Of a DNA stretch of 64,000 nucleotides, positions 26,803 through 36,792 are shown piece after piece. Position numbers and translations under genes: made by a program. Numbering within the stretch: the first letter of the stretch is position 1; each line of letters starts with the position of its first letter. Below the pieces are notes generated by a model. It had not been told where the DNA came from and did no database searches. It saw only the letters and a program-made list of their open reading frames with translations. The stretch comes from Candidatus Moraniibacteriota bacterium. GTDB taxonomy: Bacteria > Patescibacteriota > Minisyncoccia > Moranbacterales > DUUL01. Location of the stretch: contig JBFHIG010000002.1 of assembly GCA_041596615.1 (NCBI GenBank), positions 3,162 to 67,161 on the forward strand, read 5' to 3'.

Positions 26803-27969
26803 TTATTTATGAATAATAATTGGCATGCCAACTGCGGCAAAATCATAAACTGTTTTTGCGGGACCGATTCCTAACCTCACACACCCGTGAGAAACTGGAA
26901 TCCCCAAATGATTTGTTCCTTCCTTATAACCACTTGGCCACTCTGGTAATTCATGGATTCCATGACCTCTGTTTGTGAATTGAATAAACCAAGGCATATA
27001 TAGCCCATACTCTTTTGACCAAGGCCTCTTTGCCTTCGCCATCACACTAAAAGTTCCTTGTGGGGTATCCATCCCTATTTTACCACTGGAAACTTTAAAA
27101 GCGCCTTTCTCTTTTCCACTCTCAAAAATAAACATTGTTTGAGAAGAAAGGTCTATATCAATATAATCTCCCTCTACTATTTGTGGCTCGACTTCTTCTA
27201 GTCGATCTTCAGTTTTAGTCTGAAGATTGTTTCCTCCATAATTATAGAAAACTTGTGGTGGCGGTTTTGTTGTGAATTTACCTTGATACAACTCCCTTGA
27301 AAAATCAAGATTATTATGCCTCAACTGAATTGTAACTAAATATTCTGTTTTTTTCTCCATTTTTAATTCAGGCGTGATAACTAACTGTGTGTTTGATTCA
27401 TTAAATTTATAATTGAAATTGGTCGTCATCGGAACAACCTTTACTTCTATCTTAAAAGGGTCTTCGATTGTTTGATCAAAATCAATTGTAATCTGGTCAT
27501 TAATGTCTACATCTTTTTGTTCATTTGAAGGGTAAACATTTTTTAGCTTAGGCACGACACTGGAACTTATTTTTCTTTTGATTTTCTCTTGAGGGACATA
27601 AAATTGGGTCTTCGCCTCATCAAATATAATCTCGTATGTTGTTTCTGGTAAGGGGGCTTCCAGCAGCGTTAAGGTAAGAATTCTTGAATCACTCCAAGCA
27701 GTTCTCACTCTTAGGGAGGGCTGAATTGACATTGATTCCTCCACACTACGCTCAAGCATTTTTGTTGAAAATCGAAAAGTTATCATATCTCCTAACTTAA
27801 GATTAGTAGTGTTACTGGTAACAACCTCTATGTTTTTCTCCTGCATGTAAAACTTGAAACCCAATATTAAACCTGCAACAATAACCACCATAAAAACATA
27901 GAACATTGTTCCATGAAAGAGTGCTCCCAGGAAAGAGCTTTTTTTCTCCTCACTACTAATATTTTCCAC
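26803..27969 (-). CDS. L,D-transpeptidase (YkuD domain) with an N-terminal TM anchor and Ig-like spacer domains
   Basis: The C-terminal catalytic motif is HGIHELPEW...GIPVSHGCVRL. The N-terminal TM helix is MFYVFMVVIVAGLILGF. Confidence 0.85.
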   Translation of the reverse strand: MENISSEEKKSSFLGALFHGTMFYVFMVVIVAGLILGFKFYMQEKNIEVVTSNTTNLKLGDMITFRFSTKMLERSVEESMSIQPSLRVRTAWSDSRILTLTLLEAPLPETTYEIIFDEAKTQFYVPQEKIKRKISSSVVPKLKNVYPSNEQKDVDINDQITIDFDQTIEDPFKIEVKVVPMTTNFNYKFNESNTQLVITPELKMEKKTEYLVTIQLRHNNLDFSRELYQGKFTTKPPPQVFYNYGGNNLQTKTEDRLEEVEPQIVEGDYIDIDLSSQTMFIFESGKEKGAFKVSSGKIGMDTPQGTFSVMAKAKRPWSKEYGLYMPWFIQFTNRGHGIHELPEWPSGYKEGTNHLGIPVSHGCVRLGIGPAKTVYDFAAVGMPIIIHK

Positions 27970-28097
27970 TGGTTTTATTTTTTATTTTTTACCTCTCTTC
28001 TAAGTTTATTTTAGATCAAACGCTATTTGTAATCATATCACAACAAGACAACTATTTTCAAATTTAAAAATTTATTTCATTCCAATTAAAAAGACTG

Positions 28098-29012
28098 CTA
28101 GAGTTGTGTAAAAAAATTTTCTAGCTGTAGTCTTTGATTTACATTGCTATTAGAAATTTCAGTACGTAAGCACATAACCTCTTCGGTTATTTTAGCAATT
28201 TTATTAATAACTCTTATATCAGCACCAATTTCTATTTGTTTTTTAATCAACTCTCTTAAATACCAAGCAATTTCTTCTAAAGATTCTCTCAACTTTTCTT
28301 TATCACCAGACAGTTCCTCTGACAAATTCAAACCATCAATTATTCCTTTTTTAAGAGCATCTCTAAAAAGCCTCAGGTTTTCTTTAGCCAATTCAAATCT
28401 TGCTGGGTCAGCCAACAATTCCCTTGCTTTAACAATTTTGCCCTGGGAAAAATCAATCAGTTCTACTAGGTCTGCCCTTTCGAATTCAAGATTTTCAGAT
28501 TGGAGCTGAGAAAGAATTTCTTCCTTTTCTGCAAGTCCAAATCTGACCACTTGACATCTAGAACGAACAGTTGAAAGTAATTTCAATTCATTATTGCTAA
28601 CTAAAATAATAATTGTATCAGAAGTTGGTTCTTCAATAACTTTCAACAGACTATTCGCTGCAGCAAGTGTCATCCTGTCAGCTTCTTTTATGATCAAGAA
28701 CTTATATCTTGCTTTATAAGCATAATAACCAACACTTTTAATGGCACTCTTTATTTGTTCAATTGAAATATCCTTTTTTCTACTCTTCTTTCCTTTTTCT
28801 TCAATAATCGGCTCAACAACAATAACATCAGGATTAGAGCCATTATCGATCCCATCTCTATCTTCAAATTCATTCACATCACAAGCAAAATCAAAAGCCA
28901 TCTTACTTTTTCCGACTTTTGCCGGACCACAAAAAAGATATGTCCCCACAAGAGAATTCCTCTTTCTTGTTCTTTCTAAAAAATCCTGCTGTTTTTGATT
29001 GATTTTCTTCAT
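28098..29012 (-). CDS. holB: DNA polymerase III delta-prime subunit
   Basis: YLFCGPAKVGKSKMA (P-loop-like), LIIKEADRMT, and the SRCQVVRF sensor motif. Confidence 0.8.
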   Translation of the reverse strand: MKKINQKQQDFLERTRKRNSLVGTYLFCGPAKVGKSKMAFDFACDVNEFEDRDGIDNGSNPDVIVVEPIIEEKGKKSRKKDISIEQIKSAIKSVGYYAYKARYKFLIIKEADRMTLAAANSLLKVIEEPTSDTIIILVSNNELKLLSTVRSRCQVVRFGLAEKEEILSQLQSENLEFERADLVELIDFSQGKIVKARELLADPARFELAKENLRLFRDALKKGIIDGLNLSEELSGDKEKLRESLEEIAWYLRELIKKQIEIGADIRVINKIAKITEEVMCLRTEISNSNVNQRLQLENFFTQL

Positions 29013-29027
29013 TCTTCAACTTTTTTT

Positions 29028-30128
29028 CTAGATGTTTCGCTTAACAAATTCTTTTATTTTTTTCTGAAAAATTTCTTTCGAAAATTTTTCAGCGTGTTTG
29101 CGAATTTCAAGATAATCATATTTCTCTTCATTTGCAATAAATCTTCTAACTCCATCCGCTAAAATTTCCAATTGAGGAACATCAAAAAATTCTCCAGTCT
29201 TACCCTCTATAACAGTTTCAGCTGTCCCCCCTTCCCGCAAAACAATTGCTGGCTTTCCAGCTGCCATAGCCTCAATAACAGTAATATTAAAATCATCTAC
29301 AGAAGCACAAACAAAAGCTCTTGCATTCTCATAAAGTCTCGCCAATTTTTCATCATCCACAAATCCCAAAACCTGAATATTCTGGTTCTCCTTCGCAATC
29401 TTTTCAAGATCTTCCTTCTCCTTTCCGTCACCTACAATCACAAGTGGCAATTTCAGTTTCACAAATACATCCGCGATTAACTTTGTTCTTTTATATGGGG
29501 AAAGTCTTCCTGCCGTCAAAAAATAACCTTTGTGCTCCTTTTGCGGCTGGAATCTCTTCACGTCAACGGGGGGATAAATAACTTCTGATTCTTTTCGATA
29601 ATATTTTTTAATTCTCCTTGCTGTATACTCTGAGTTGGCAATAAATTTATCCACACGCTCTGCACTTGCCCTGTCCCACATCCGCAAATAACTTAGAAAA
29701 AATCTAATCAATAGTTTTGCTTTTCCCTTAAGTTTTTGCTCCTCCAGATATTCGTGACTCCAATCCCAAACATACCTCATTGGTGTGTGTGTATAACAAA
29801 AATGTTTCGTTTTCGGCTTAACAACAATGCCTTTTGCAAAAGCTGACGATGAAGAGATAACAACATCAAAATCTCTCAGATTAAAGGTCTCGACCGCTGT
29901 TGGCATTAGAGGAAATAAAAATCTATGCCTTTTAAGAAGAAAACTAGGGGACTTTTGTAAAAATGAACTTTCTATTTTCTGATTTGGAAATTTTTCTTTT
30001 ACATATTTTTCATTTTGAAGCAATGTAAATATTGGGGCTTCAGGGAAAACTTCACTTATTGCTTTTAGGGTGCTTTCAGCTCCTCCTTGATACAAAAGAA
30101 AGTCATGTATAAATGCGATACTTTTCAT
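29028..30128 (-). CDS. Glycosyltransferase family 4 (GT-B)
   Basis: C-terminal EGGTAETVIEGKTGEFF (E-x7-E region) and GT-B layout. Confidence 0.8.
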   Translation of the reverse strand: MKSIAFIHDFLLYQGGAESTLKAISEVFPEAPIFTLLQNEKYVKEKFPNQKIESSFLQKSPSFLLKRHRFLFPLMPTAVETFNLRDFDVVISSSSAFAKGIVVKPKTKHFCYTHTPMRYVWDWSHEYLEEQKLKGKAKLLIRFFLSYLRMWDRASAERVDKFIANSEYTARRIKKYYRKESEVIYPPVDVKRFQPQKEHKGYFLTAGRLSPYKRTKLIADVFVKLKLPLVIVGDGKEKEDLEKIAKENQNIQVLGFVDDEKLARLYENARAFVCASVDDFNITVIEAMAAGKPAIVLREGGTAETVIEGKTGEFFDVPQLEILADGVRRFIANEEKYDYLEIRKHAEKFSKEIFQKKIKEFVKRNI

Positions 30129-30176
30129 TTCTAATTTTATTTATAAAAGATAAACGATTCTAATTTTAGCCTAATG

Positions 30177-31256
30177 CTACGCTAATATAACTTTAGCAAC
30201 ACCCCTTCCACATTTTTCCCAGGAAAATCTCTTTGTGTTTTCAAGGCCCTTTTTCACAACGTCATTATATTTATTTCTATCAGATAAAATTTTCTGAGCA
30301 ACCTTAGCAATGTGCTCTGGTTGTGTTGGAGTTGTCAGAACTTCATCATTCCCCACAATTTCATCCATGGGACCAAAATTTGATGTCACGACTGGCACAC
30401 CAACGCTCTGAGCTTCTAATATTGGGATCCCAAATCCTTCACATAAAGATGGGAACATAAAGATTTCTGCTTCTGCCAATAATTTAGATTTGTCTTTTTC
30501 GGAAATAAATCCGAGTCTTTTGATATCTTTTTCAAACTCACTCTCGTTAATTTTCTTTTCAATTTCTTCATATCCATATCCAGGCTTTCCAGCCAACAAC
30601 AATTCTCCTTTATAATTATACTCTCTTTTTAAAATTTCAAAGGCGGAGATTATGTTTTTGATATTTTTTCGCTCCTCCAGTCTTCCAATATACAGAATAT
30701 ATTTACTGAAACTTTTTTTAACAGAAAACTTAGAGTGCTCAATCTTAACATTAAAACCATTATAGACAACCACTATCTTTTCTTTTTGCGTCTTATACAT
30801 TCTCACGAGATCCTTTTTGGTATTCTGGGAAACGGAAATAATTTTTTTTGCCCACCTACAACTTCTGGTTACAAAAAAATGATGAAACCACCTTGAGTAC
30901 AAAGAATATCCTTCTGGACAATGTTCGTATTCAAGTCCATGCACCGTAACAACTGTTCTCCTTGGATGCACAAAAGGAACGGTGTGTGCAGGAATAAAAA
31001 GAACATCCACTGGTCGCATTAGCATCTCCCAAGAGAGACCTATTTGGGTCCAAAAGTAATTGAAGGGAACTACTTGCATCTTCCATTTTTTTGGCAAATC
31101 AAAATCGAAACTATTTTCGCCATTGTCTTTCACATACAGAAAAACTTCATGGTCACCAAGAGGTTTTCGAAGGTTTTTAATCGTTTGATATGCACACTCC
31201 TCGATTCCAGTTCTTTGTTTTATCAGCGCGCGTGATGCATCAATTCCAATTTTCAT
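30177..31256 (-). CDS. Glycosyltransferase family 4 (GT-B)
   Basis: FPSLCEGFGIPILEAQSVGVPVVTSN motif, which is typical of Glycos_transf_1. Confidence 0.8.
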   Translation of the reverse strand: MKIGIDASRALIKQRTGIEECAYQTIKNLRKPLGDHEVFLYVKDNGENSFDFDLPKKWKMQVVPFNYFWTQIGLSWEMLMRPVDVLFIPAHTVPFVHPRRTVVTVHGLEYEHCPEGYSLYSRWFHHFFVTRSCRWAKKIISVSQNTKKDLVRMYKTQKEKIVVVYNGFNVKIEHSKFSVKKSFSKYILYIGRLEERKNIKNIISAFEILKREYNYKGELLLAGKPGYGYEEIEKKINESEFEKDIKRLGFISEKDKSKLLAEAEIFMFPSLCEGFGIPILEAQSVGVPVVTSNFGPMDEIVGNDEVLTTPTQPEHIAKVAQKILSDRNKYNDVVKKGLENTKRFSWEKCGRGVAKVILA

Positions 31257-31370
31257 TTATTTTTCATTGTTTATACACTAGTTTCATTGTATTAAAGCTA
31301 GGTCGTTTTGGCAAGAAAAAATTAAATTAAAAAACAGACTTTGGTCTGTTTCTTGTCTTAAGATAAAAAA

Positions 31371-32375
31371 CTAACGCAATTGAATTGTTCTTTTGTAAAT
31401 TTCTAAATTATCCAAGGCCACTCCAGTTCCCTTTGCAACACAAAGCAAAGGTTCGTCTGCAACATAACAGGGGACTCCAGTGACTTTCGTAATAAGCTTA
31501 TCTAAATTCCTCAATAAAGCACCTCCCCCAGAAAGCACAATACCTTTGTCCATAACGTCTGCGGCTAGTTCTGGTGGTGTTTCTTGCATCACTTTCTTAG
31601 CAGCATTAATAATCTCACGCAGTTCTTCTTGAATAGCTTCGGTAATTTCATTTGTCGAAATTCGAATTGTCTTTGGTAATCCACCCATAAGATCCCTTCC
31701 GCGAACTTCAACATATTCCTCTTTTACTTGTGGCAATGCGCTTCCAATTTCAATCTTAACCTCTTCCGCTGTTCGCTCCCCAATAGCGAGTCCGTGTTTC
31801 TTTTTAATATATTGTGCGATTGCTGCATCAATTCTATCGCCACCCACTCGCGCACTATAAGCAGAAACAATTCCGCCCAAAGAAATCACAGCAACCTCAG
31901 AAGTTCCACCTCCAATATCAATAATCATATTCCCGCTGGCACTGTTGATTGGAATTCCTGCTCCAATAGCTGCAAGTACGGGCTCCTTAACAATATATGC
32001 ATTCTTTGCACCAGCCTTAATTGTTGCTTCGACCACAGCACGTCTTTCAGTGGAAGTAACTCCAGCAGGAATTGAAACCATAACATCCGGTTTTGAAAAA
32101 CGAATCCTAGGACTTACTTTACCGATAAAATATCTGAGCATTGCTTCTGTTACACGATAATCCGCAATCACACCATTTTTTAAAGGACGATACGCAGTAA
32201 TCACGTCTGGGGTTCGTCCGATCATCTCTTTTGCCTCATTCCCAACAGCAATGACCCTGTTATCATCCATAGTAACGGCAACAACTGAGGGCTCATTCAC
32301 AACTATTCCTTTTTTTGGAACAAAAACTAAAGTATTAGCCGTTCCAAGGTCTATTCCGATTCTTTTTGAGAACAT
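31371..32375 (-). CDS. mreB: Rod-shape-determining actin homologue MreB
   Basis: IGIDLGTANTLV phosphate-1, DIGGGTSEVAVISLGG phosphate-2, and VLSGGGALLRNLD adenosine motifs. Confidence 0.93.
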   Translation of the reverse strand: MFSKRIGIDLGTANTLVFVPKKGIVVNEPSVVAVTMDDNRVIAVGNEAKEMIGRTPDVITAYRPLKNGVIADYRVTEAMLRYFIGKVSPRIRFSKPDVMVSIPAGVTSTERRAVVEATIKAGAKNAYIVKEPVLAAIGAGIPINSASGNMIIDIGGGTSEVAVISLGGIVSAYSARVGGDRIDAAIAQYIKKKHGLAIGERTAEEVKIEIGSALPQVKEEYVEVRGRDLMGGLPKTIRISTNEITEAIQEELREIINAAKKVMQETPPELAADVMDKGIVLSGGGALLRNLDKLITKVTGVPCYVADEPLLCVAKGTGVALDNLEIYKRTIQLR

Positions 32376-32420
32376 AAGCTATGAAAAATAATCACACAAA
32401 TTAAATCTTTCTATATATTT

Positions 32421-32870
32421 CTAAGTCTGTATCTTAATATACCTTCCTTTAAGATAATTTTCAACTGATTCTTTTGTATTCTGAACAATTTCTTTTGGCA
32501 ACTTATCTAAATCAAACCATTTCATCTCTTCACATTTATGAGGCTCCATGTTCTCAAAGTCTTCGCTTTTTGAATTTGCCAAATAATTAATCGCAACCCA
32601 ATGCTGTTTATCTTTCTTGATAATATGATCGGTGTGTGGTAAATAACCCCAAATTTCAATTTCCAAATTAGTCTCTTCTAAAATCTCTCTTTTCATTGCA
32701 TCGGTTGCCGTTTCTCCAAAATCAATTTCTCCGCCTGGTTTGGACCATTGTCCAACTTCGTTTTTGCTTTTTACTCCTCGTTTTTGAAGTAAAACTTGTT
32801 TATTCTTGTTGAAAATTAAAACCCCACCACCAATTCCTATATAGTCTTTTCCAATTTTCTTTTCTTCCAT
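32421..32870 (-). CDS. NUDIX hydrolase
   Basis: Nudix box GGEIDFGETATDAMKREILEETNL. Confidence 0.85.
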   Translation of the reverse strand: MEEKKIGKDYIGIGGGVLIFNKNKQVLLQKRGVKSKNEVGQWSKPGGEIDFGETATDAMKREILEETNLEIEIWGYLPHTDHIIKKDKQHWVAINYLANSKSEDFENMEPHKCEEMKWFDLDKLPKEIVQNTKESVENYLKGRYIKIQT

Positions 32871-33035
32871 TTTAGTTTCTACTTCTTGTTAAATATACTT
32901 GATTGAAAAGGTTTAAATATTTCTATTGTGTTCTTGAGCCCCGGACGCTAATGCGCCGAAAGCGAAAGAATACGATGGAAATATTTATTGGAATACCAGT
33001 AACAATTAGTTTTATAATTTTAAAATATTTTGCGT

Positions 33036-33359
33036 TTATCTAAATTCCGAAACACGAAAATTCTTCTTACCAATCAGCTTCTTTTCTCTCTGCATAATTT
33101 TCTCATGTTTCTCCCAAAAAGCTTTGTCTATTTCTTCCACAGGAATTCCCATACTTATAAAATTTCCTATTACTAAATTCAATAGATCTATATTCTCTTC
33201 AATAATTGCCTCTTTCCCCTTCCCCTTGGTTACGGCCTGAGCAAGTTCTCCAAGCTCCTCGGTCATCAAATTCAAACGAAAACTCATTTCCTCGTTATTC
33301 GTTCCTTTCATTTCAAATTCCTTATGAAATTGTGCAATTGCTTGGTAATATTTTTCCAT
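33036..33359 (-). CDS. MazG-like nucleotide pyrophosphohydrolase (small all-alpha type)
   Basis: 107-aa ORF with the EExGE metal-binding helix (LMTEELGELAQAV) and a second acidic helix (EENIDLLN). Confidence 0.6.
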   Translation of the reverse strand: MEKYYQAIAQFHKEFEMKGTNNEEMSFRLNLMTEELGELAQAVTKGKGKEAIIEENIDLLNLVIGNFISMGIPVEEIDKAFWEKHEKIMQREKKLIGKKNFRVSEFR

Positions 33360-33363
33360 TCGA

Positions 33364-34686
33364 CTAGTCTATTTGTTTAATATCAGCACCAATGGCTTGC
33401 AGGCGCTCCTCAAGATTTTCATATCCTCGATTGATTGAATAGACGTCCCGCAGAATTGATTTTCCCTTTGCTGCTAACATTGCCACTAAAATAATTGCTG
33501 CTGGGCGAAGTGCTGGTGGAGACATCATCTCTGCACTTCTAATTATGCTTGGTCCTTCAACATATACTCTATGGGGGTCCAGAAGCGTTACATTGCATCC
33601 GAGACGATTAAGTTCTGTGAAATAAATTGCCCTGTTTTCATACACCCAGTCATGGATTAATGTCTTCCCCTTTGCAACAGTTGCAATTGGCACAAAAAAT
33701 GGCAAGTTATCCATATTAAGTCCTGGAAATGGCAACCCGTGCAATTTCTCTTCCAATGCTACGAGTTTTGAAGGGATTATTTCGATGTCGACTAAGTCAG
33801 TCTTTCCGTTTTTTGCTTTATACTCTTTTTTTATCAAATATTTCTGCCCCATTTTTTCAAGCTTCAAAAGTTCTAGTTCCAGAAATTCAATTGGGCACCT
33901 AGTAATAAGCAATTTACTTTTTGTAGTAATTGCCAGAGAGATAAAAAACATTGCTTCTATTGGATCTTCACTAATTTCGTAGACGATGTCTTTATTTATT
34001 TTTCTTAGGCCCTCAACTTCCAACGTTGTTCCACCGATTCCCTTTATTTTTACGCCTAATTTCTCCAAAAAGAAACAAAGATCTTGCACCATATAATTTG
34101 AAGTGGCCATTTTAATTGTGGTTTTTTCCGGAACTTGCGCTGCTGCCATAAGAGCTGACTCTGTAACTGTGTCGCCAGACTCATATAAAACAATTTTACC
34201 AGCTTTTCCAAATTTTCCAGCATCAACATTGAAAGAGTCTTCTTTCACTTTTATTTTAATTCCAAAATTTTCCAACACAAAAAGATGAGGTTTCACAGTT
34301 CTGCATCCTAGCTTACACCCTCCTGCTTGTGGAATTGCATATTTTTTGAACTTTCCAGCTAAAGAACTCATTAACATTATTGCACTTCTAGTTTTTTGTG
34401 CAGCAACTTTGTCAATTTTCTTAATCTCAATAATTTTTGGGGCTTTCAGCGTTAAGGTTTTTCCATCCCTTTTTATTTCCATCCCAATACTTTCAAGCAC
34501 CTCAATCCAACGATTAACTTCTTCAATTTGCGGAACATTTTTTAGAGTCGTTATCCCTTCGTTCAAAACTGAAGCGGCTAAAATCGCAACGGTTGCATTT
34601 TTTGAACCATTTACAGCGATTTGTCCGTGAAGCTTTTTGCCTCCATTTATTTCAAAATTTTGCATTTTTTGTCTTCCATTAAGCAT
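33364..34686 (-). CDS. murA: UDP-N-acetylglucosamine 1-carboxyvinyltransferase
   Basis: FEINGGKKLHGQIAVNGSKNA start region, a catalytic-loop Cys context (GGCKLGCRTVKPH), and the C-terminal IDRGYENLEERL-like motif (INRGYENLEERLQAIGA). The true start is probably the internal Met at 34665. Confidence 0.92.
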   Translation of the reverse strand: MLNGRQKMQNFEINGGKKLHGQIAVNGSKNATVAILAASVLNEGITTLKNVPQIEEVNRWIEVLESIGMEIKRDGKTLTLKAPKIIEIKKIDKVAAQKTRSAIMLMSSLAGKFKKYAIPQAGGCKLGCRTVKPHLFVLENFGIKIKVKEDSFNVDAGKFGKAGKIVLYESGDTVTESALMAAAQVPEKTTIKMATSNYMVQDLCFFLEKLGVKIKGIGGTTLEVEGLRKINKDIVYEISEDPIEAMFFISLAITTKSKLLITRCPIEFLELELLKLEKMGQKYLIKKEYKAKNGKTDLVDIEIIPSKLVALEEKLHGLPFPGLNMDNLPFFVPIATVAKGKTLIHDWVYENRAIYFTELNRLGCNVTLLDPHRVYVEGPSIIRSAEMMSPPALRPAAIILVAMLAAKGKSILRDVYSINRGYENLEERLQAIGADIKQID

Positions 34687-34874
34687 TTATAAGACTATCC
34701 TCATTGTATGGGAGGGGGAATTTTTTGGCAAGGGAAAAATTGATTTTTTGAATGGATTAAATGATACGAAATATCCCCTCAGCATCAGTGCAATCTGTCT
34801 TATACTTTTTACCAATCAGAAGACTGTACTTTCAGTTGCCTACAATTTGTAGACAACTGAAATATATAAATCCA

Positions 34875-35633
34875 TCACTCTTTCCCCATTTTCCACAGTA
34901 CTTCAAAAAAGTTTCGATAACCTTGAGCAATTTTTTCATTTTTAAAATTAAATACCGTAATCGGGTCACCCATTAAATAAAAATCTATTGATGTTTCAAA
35001 TACACAAATTCCGCTATAACTTTGATAATCTGGCAAAAAACGATAATTAGTTTTTTCTCGGCTATTTTTAGATCTTAAAGCCACTTCCCGCAAGCCTTCG
35101 TTCAAAACAAAACGAATGGAGATATTTTTACGCCTCCGAGTTTTTTCATATCTTTCTAAAAAATCCATTCTTTTTTTAGTGAAAAGCTCTCCCCAATCAG
35201 TAGAAATAATCAGAATCTCACTACTATCTTTCATATCTTCCAATATTTCAAATTGATGCTGAATATAGGCATCCTCTCCCTGATAGGTCTCAAACTCTTG
35301 TTTTGGAGTTTTTTTGACAAGAGTTTTTAATATATCAACAGTCTTTTCAGCTACCAAACGCTTTTCTTCGATGAGATTGGTGATTCTAGCTGGTGAATTA
35401 GCTTCAAATTTTTTTCTGCCATTAATTATACTATGTTTAACTAAGCCCTTTTTTTCTAAAGAATACAGCGCATCATAGACAAATTGACCGTGCAAACCTG
35501 TAGTTCTCACTATTTTAGAGCTTCCCACCGGAATTGATTTGGCTAAAAGATCAATATAAACTCGAGACTCTTTCTCTGAGAGCCCAAGCAATTGCAAATT
35601 ATCTATTAAATTTTTATCAATATTTTTTGACAT
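34875..35633 (-). CDS. TrmB-family (winged-helix) transcriptional regulator
   Basis: The N-terminus LQLLGLSEKESRVYIDLLAKSIPVGSSKIVRTTGLHGQFVYDALYSLEKKGLV is the TrmB-type wHTH pattern. It is divergent from the 35.8-36.8 kb cassette. Confidence 0.7.
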   Translation of the reverse strand: MSKNIDKNLIDNLQLLGLSEKESRVYIDLLAKSIPVGSSKIVRTTGLHGQFVYDALYSLEKKGLVKHSIINGRKKFEANSPARITNLIEEKRLVAEKTVDILKTLVKKTPKQEFETYQGEDAYIQHQFEILEDMKDSSEILIISTDWGELFTKKRMDFLERYEKTRRRKNISIRFVLNEGLREVALRSKNSREKTNYRFLPDYQSYSGICVFETSIDFYLMGDPITVFNFKNEKIAQGYRNFFEVLWKMGKE

Positions 35634-35694
35634 ACCTACATTATATCTCAGTATTTAAGCCAAGTCAATATCAAAATTTCATCATCATTATTTA

Positions 35695-35723
35695 TTGACA
35701 AATTTAGATTTATATGCTATTCT
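35695..35723 (+). promoter_or_regulatory. Near-consensus sigma70 promoter with extended -10
   Basis: TTGACA (35695-35700), a 17-nt spacer ending in TGC, then TATTCT (35718-35723). Confidence 0.55.
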
Positions 35724-35816
35724 ACTATATTGTTAAGCTAAATTCATATCTTAACAAAAAGATCATTGACAACTAAAACGGCACTTCCGCCGCACCAATA
35801 TCACAAGGAGAAAATC

Positions 35817-36113
35817 ATGCCAAATAATACTAATGCAATAAAGGCTATTCTTATGCAATGGAATGTCGTGGTATTAATTAACGGCAAGTATGGACTTGCT
35901 CTTGATTATCTTTATACCAGTGGATGGTCTCCTATCTGCCGTTGCGGTTGCTGGGAATATCCAGCAAAAAAATTAGAATCCGTAGAAGAAGAATATGGCA
36001 TAACAATATTATTTGAAGATAGCGAGAGGATTGAAGAATGTGGATTCAAGGTAGAAAGGCCGTATTCCAATGAGGAAATTAAAAGTTTGTTGCTATCCTC
36101 AAAATCTAATTAG
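35817..36113 (+). CDS. Hypothetical 98-aa protein with a CRCGC motif
   Basis: I place the start at ATG 35817 because AAGGAGA lies 6 nt upstream. The ORF-track start at 35766 is a TTG that overlaps a TTGACA. The gene is G+C-richer than its surroundings, and I recognised no family. Confidence 0.55.
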   Translation: MPNNTNAIKAILMQWNVVVLINGKYGLALDYLYTSGWSPICRCGCWEYPAKKLESVEEEYGITILFEDSERIEECGFKVERPYSNEEIKSLLLSSKSN

Positions 36114-36157
36114 CTCAGGGGGCATTTCCGCCATATACAAACTACAAGGAGAACATC

Positions 36158-36754
36158 ATGAGAATTCTCGTAATTGACGACACCCAGAAACATTTAGATT
36201 CAGCCCTCCAGACCCTTGGTGAGCATGAAGTTGTTACCTGTTCAACCTACGATGAAGCAGAGAATCTAGTCGACATTTACAGCAAGGAGAAGTGGGATGC
36301 AGTTTTATGTGACTTACTTATGCCTGCAGGCAGTCGTGCGCAAGGAGGGCCAGGTACGAAATTTGTAGGTCAAGAAATGCCTGTCGGCTGGGCGCTTGCA
36401 CTTATGGCAGTAAGAAGCAACGTCCGCTTTATAGCGGTCGTAACAGACATGAATCACCATCATCATCCTGCCAGTGCGATGTTAGATCACACCAACGACC
36501 ATATTTTCAAGGTTGATGAGTCTAGGGTTTTGATGACAAACAGCACTGGCCGTGTAGGGATTAAAGGAACTGAACGCTGTTGCGTATGGTGCTGTGATGA
36601 AGGAACAAAGAGGCGTGAAGATATGAGTTCCGATGTTTGTACTTATTGCTACGGAGAGAGTCCCCTCTACCGTGAATATGGAAAAGATTGGGGGAATATC
36701 TTAGAAAAACTCACCAGCAGTAGCAATAACAAAAAGGGAAACCCTATCCTGTAA
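36158..36754 (+). CDS. REC (CheY)-like domain protein with an atypical insertion, a His4 run and a C-terminal double CxxC zinc-ribbon-like tail
   Basis: AAGGAGA SD. MRILVIDD and WDAVLCDLLMPAG resemble the receiver acidic pocket and phospho-acceptor strand. The insert is SRAQGGPGTKFVGQE, and NHHHHP follows. The tail is CCVWCC...CTYC. Confidence 0.6.
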   Translation: MRILVIDDTQKHLDSALQTLGEHEVVTCSTYDEAENLVDIYSKEKWDAVLCDLLMPAGSRAQGGPGTKFVGQEMPVGWALALMAVRSNVRFIAVVTDMNHHHHPASAMLDHTNDHIFKVDESRVLMTNSTGRVGIKGTERCCVWCCDEGTKRREDMSSDVCTYCYGESPLYREYGKDWGNILEKLTSSSNNKKGNPIL

Positions 36755-36792
36755 ATATAGAAAAGATTGGAGGATAATATTAGAAAGATTCA

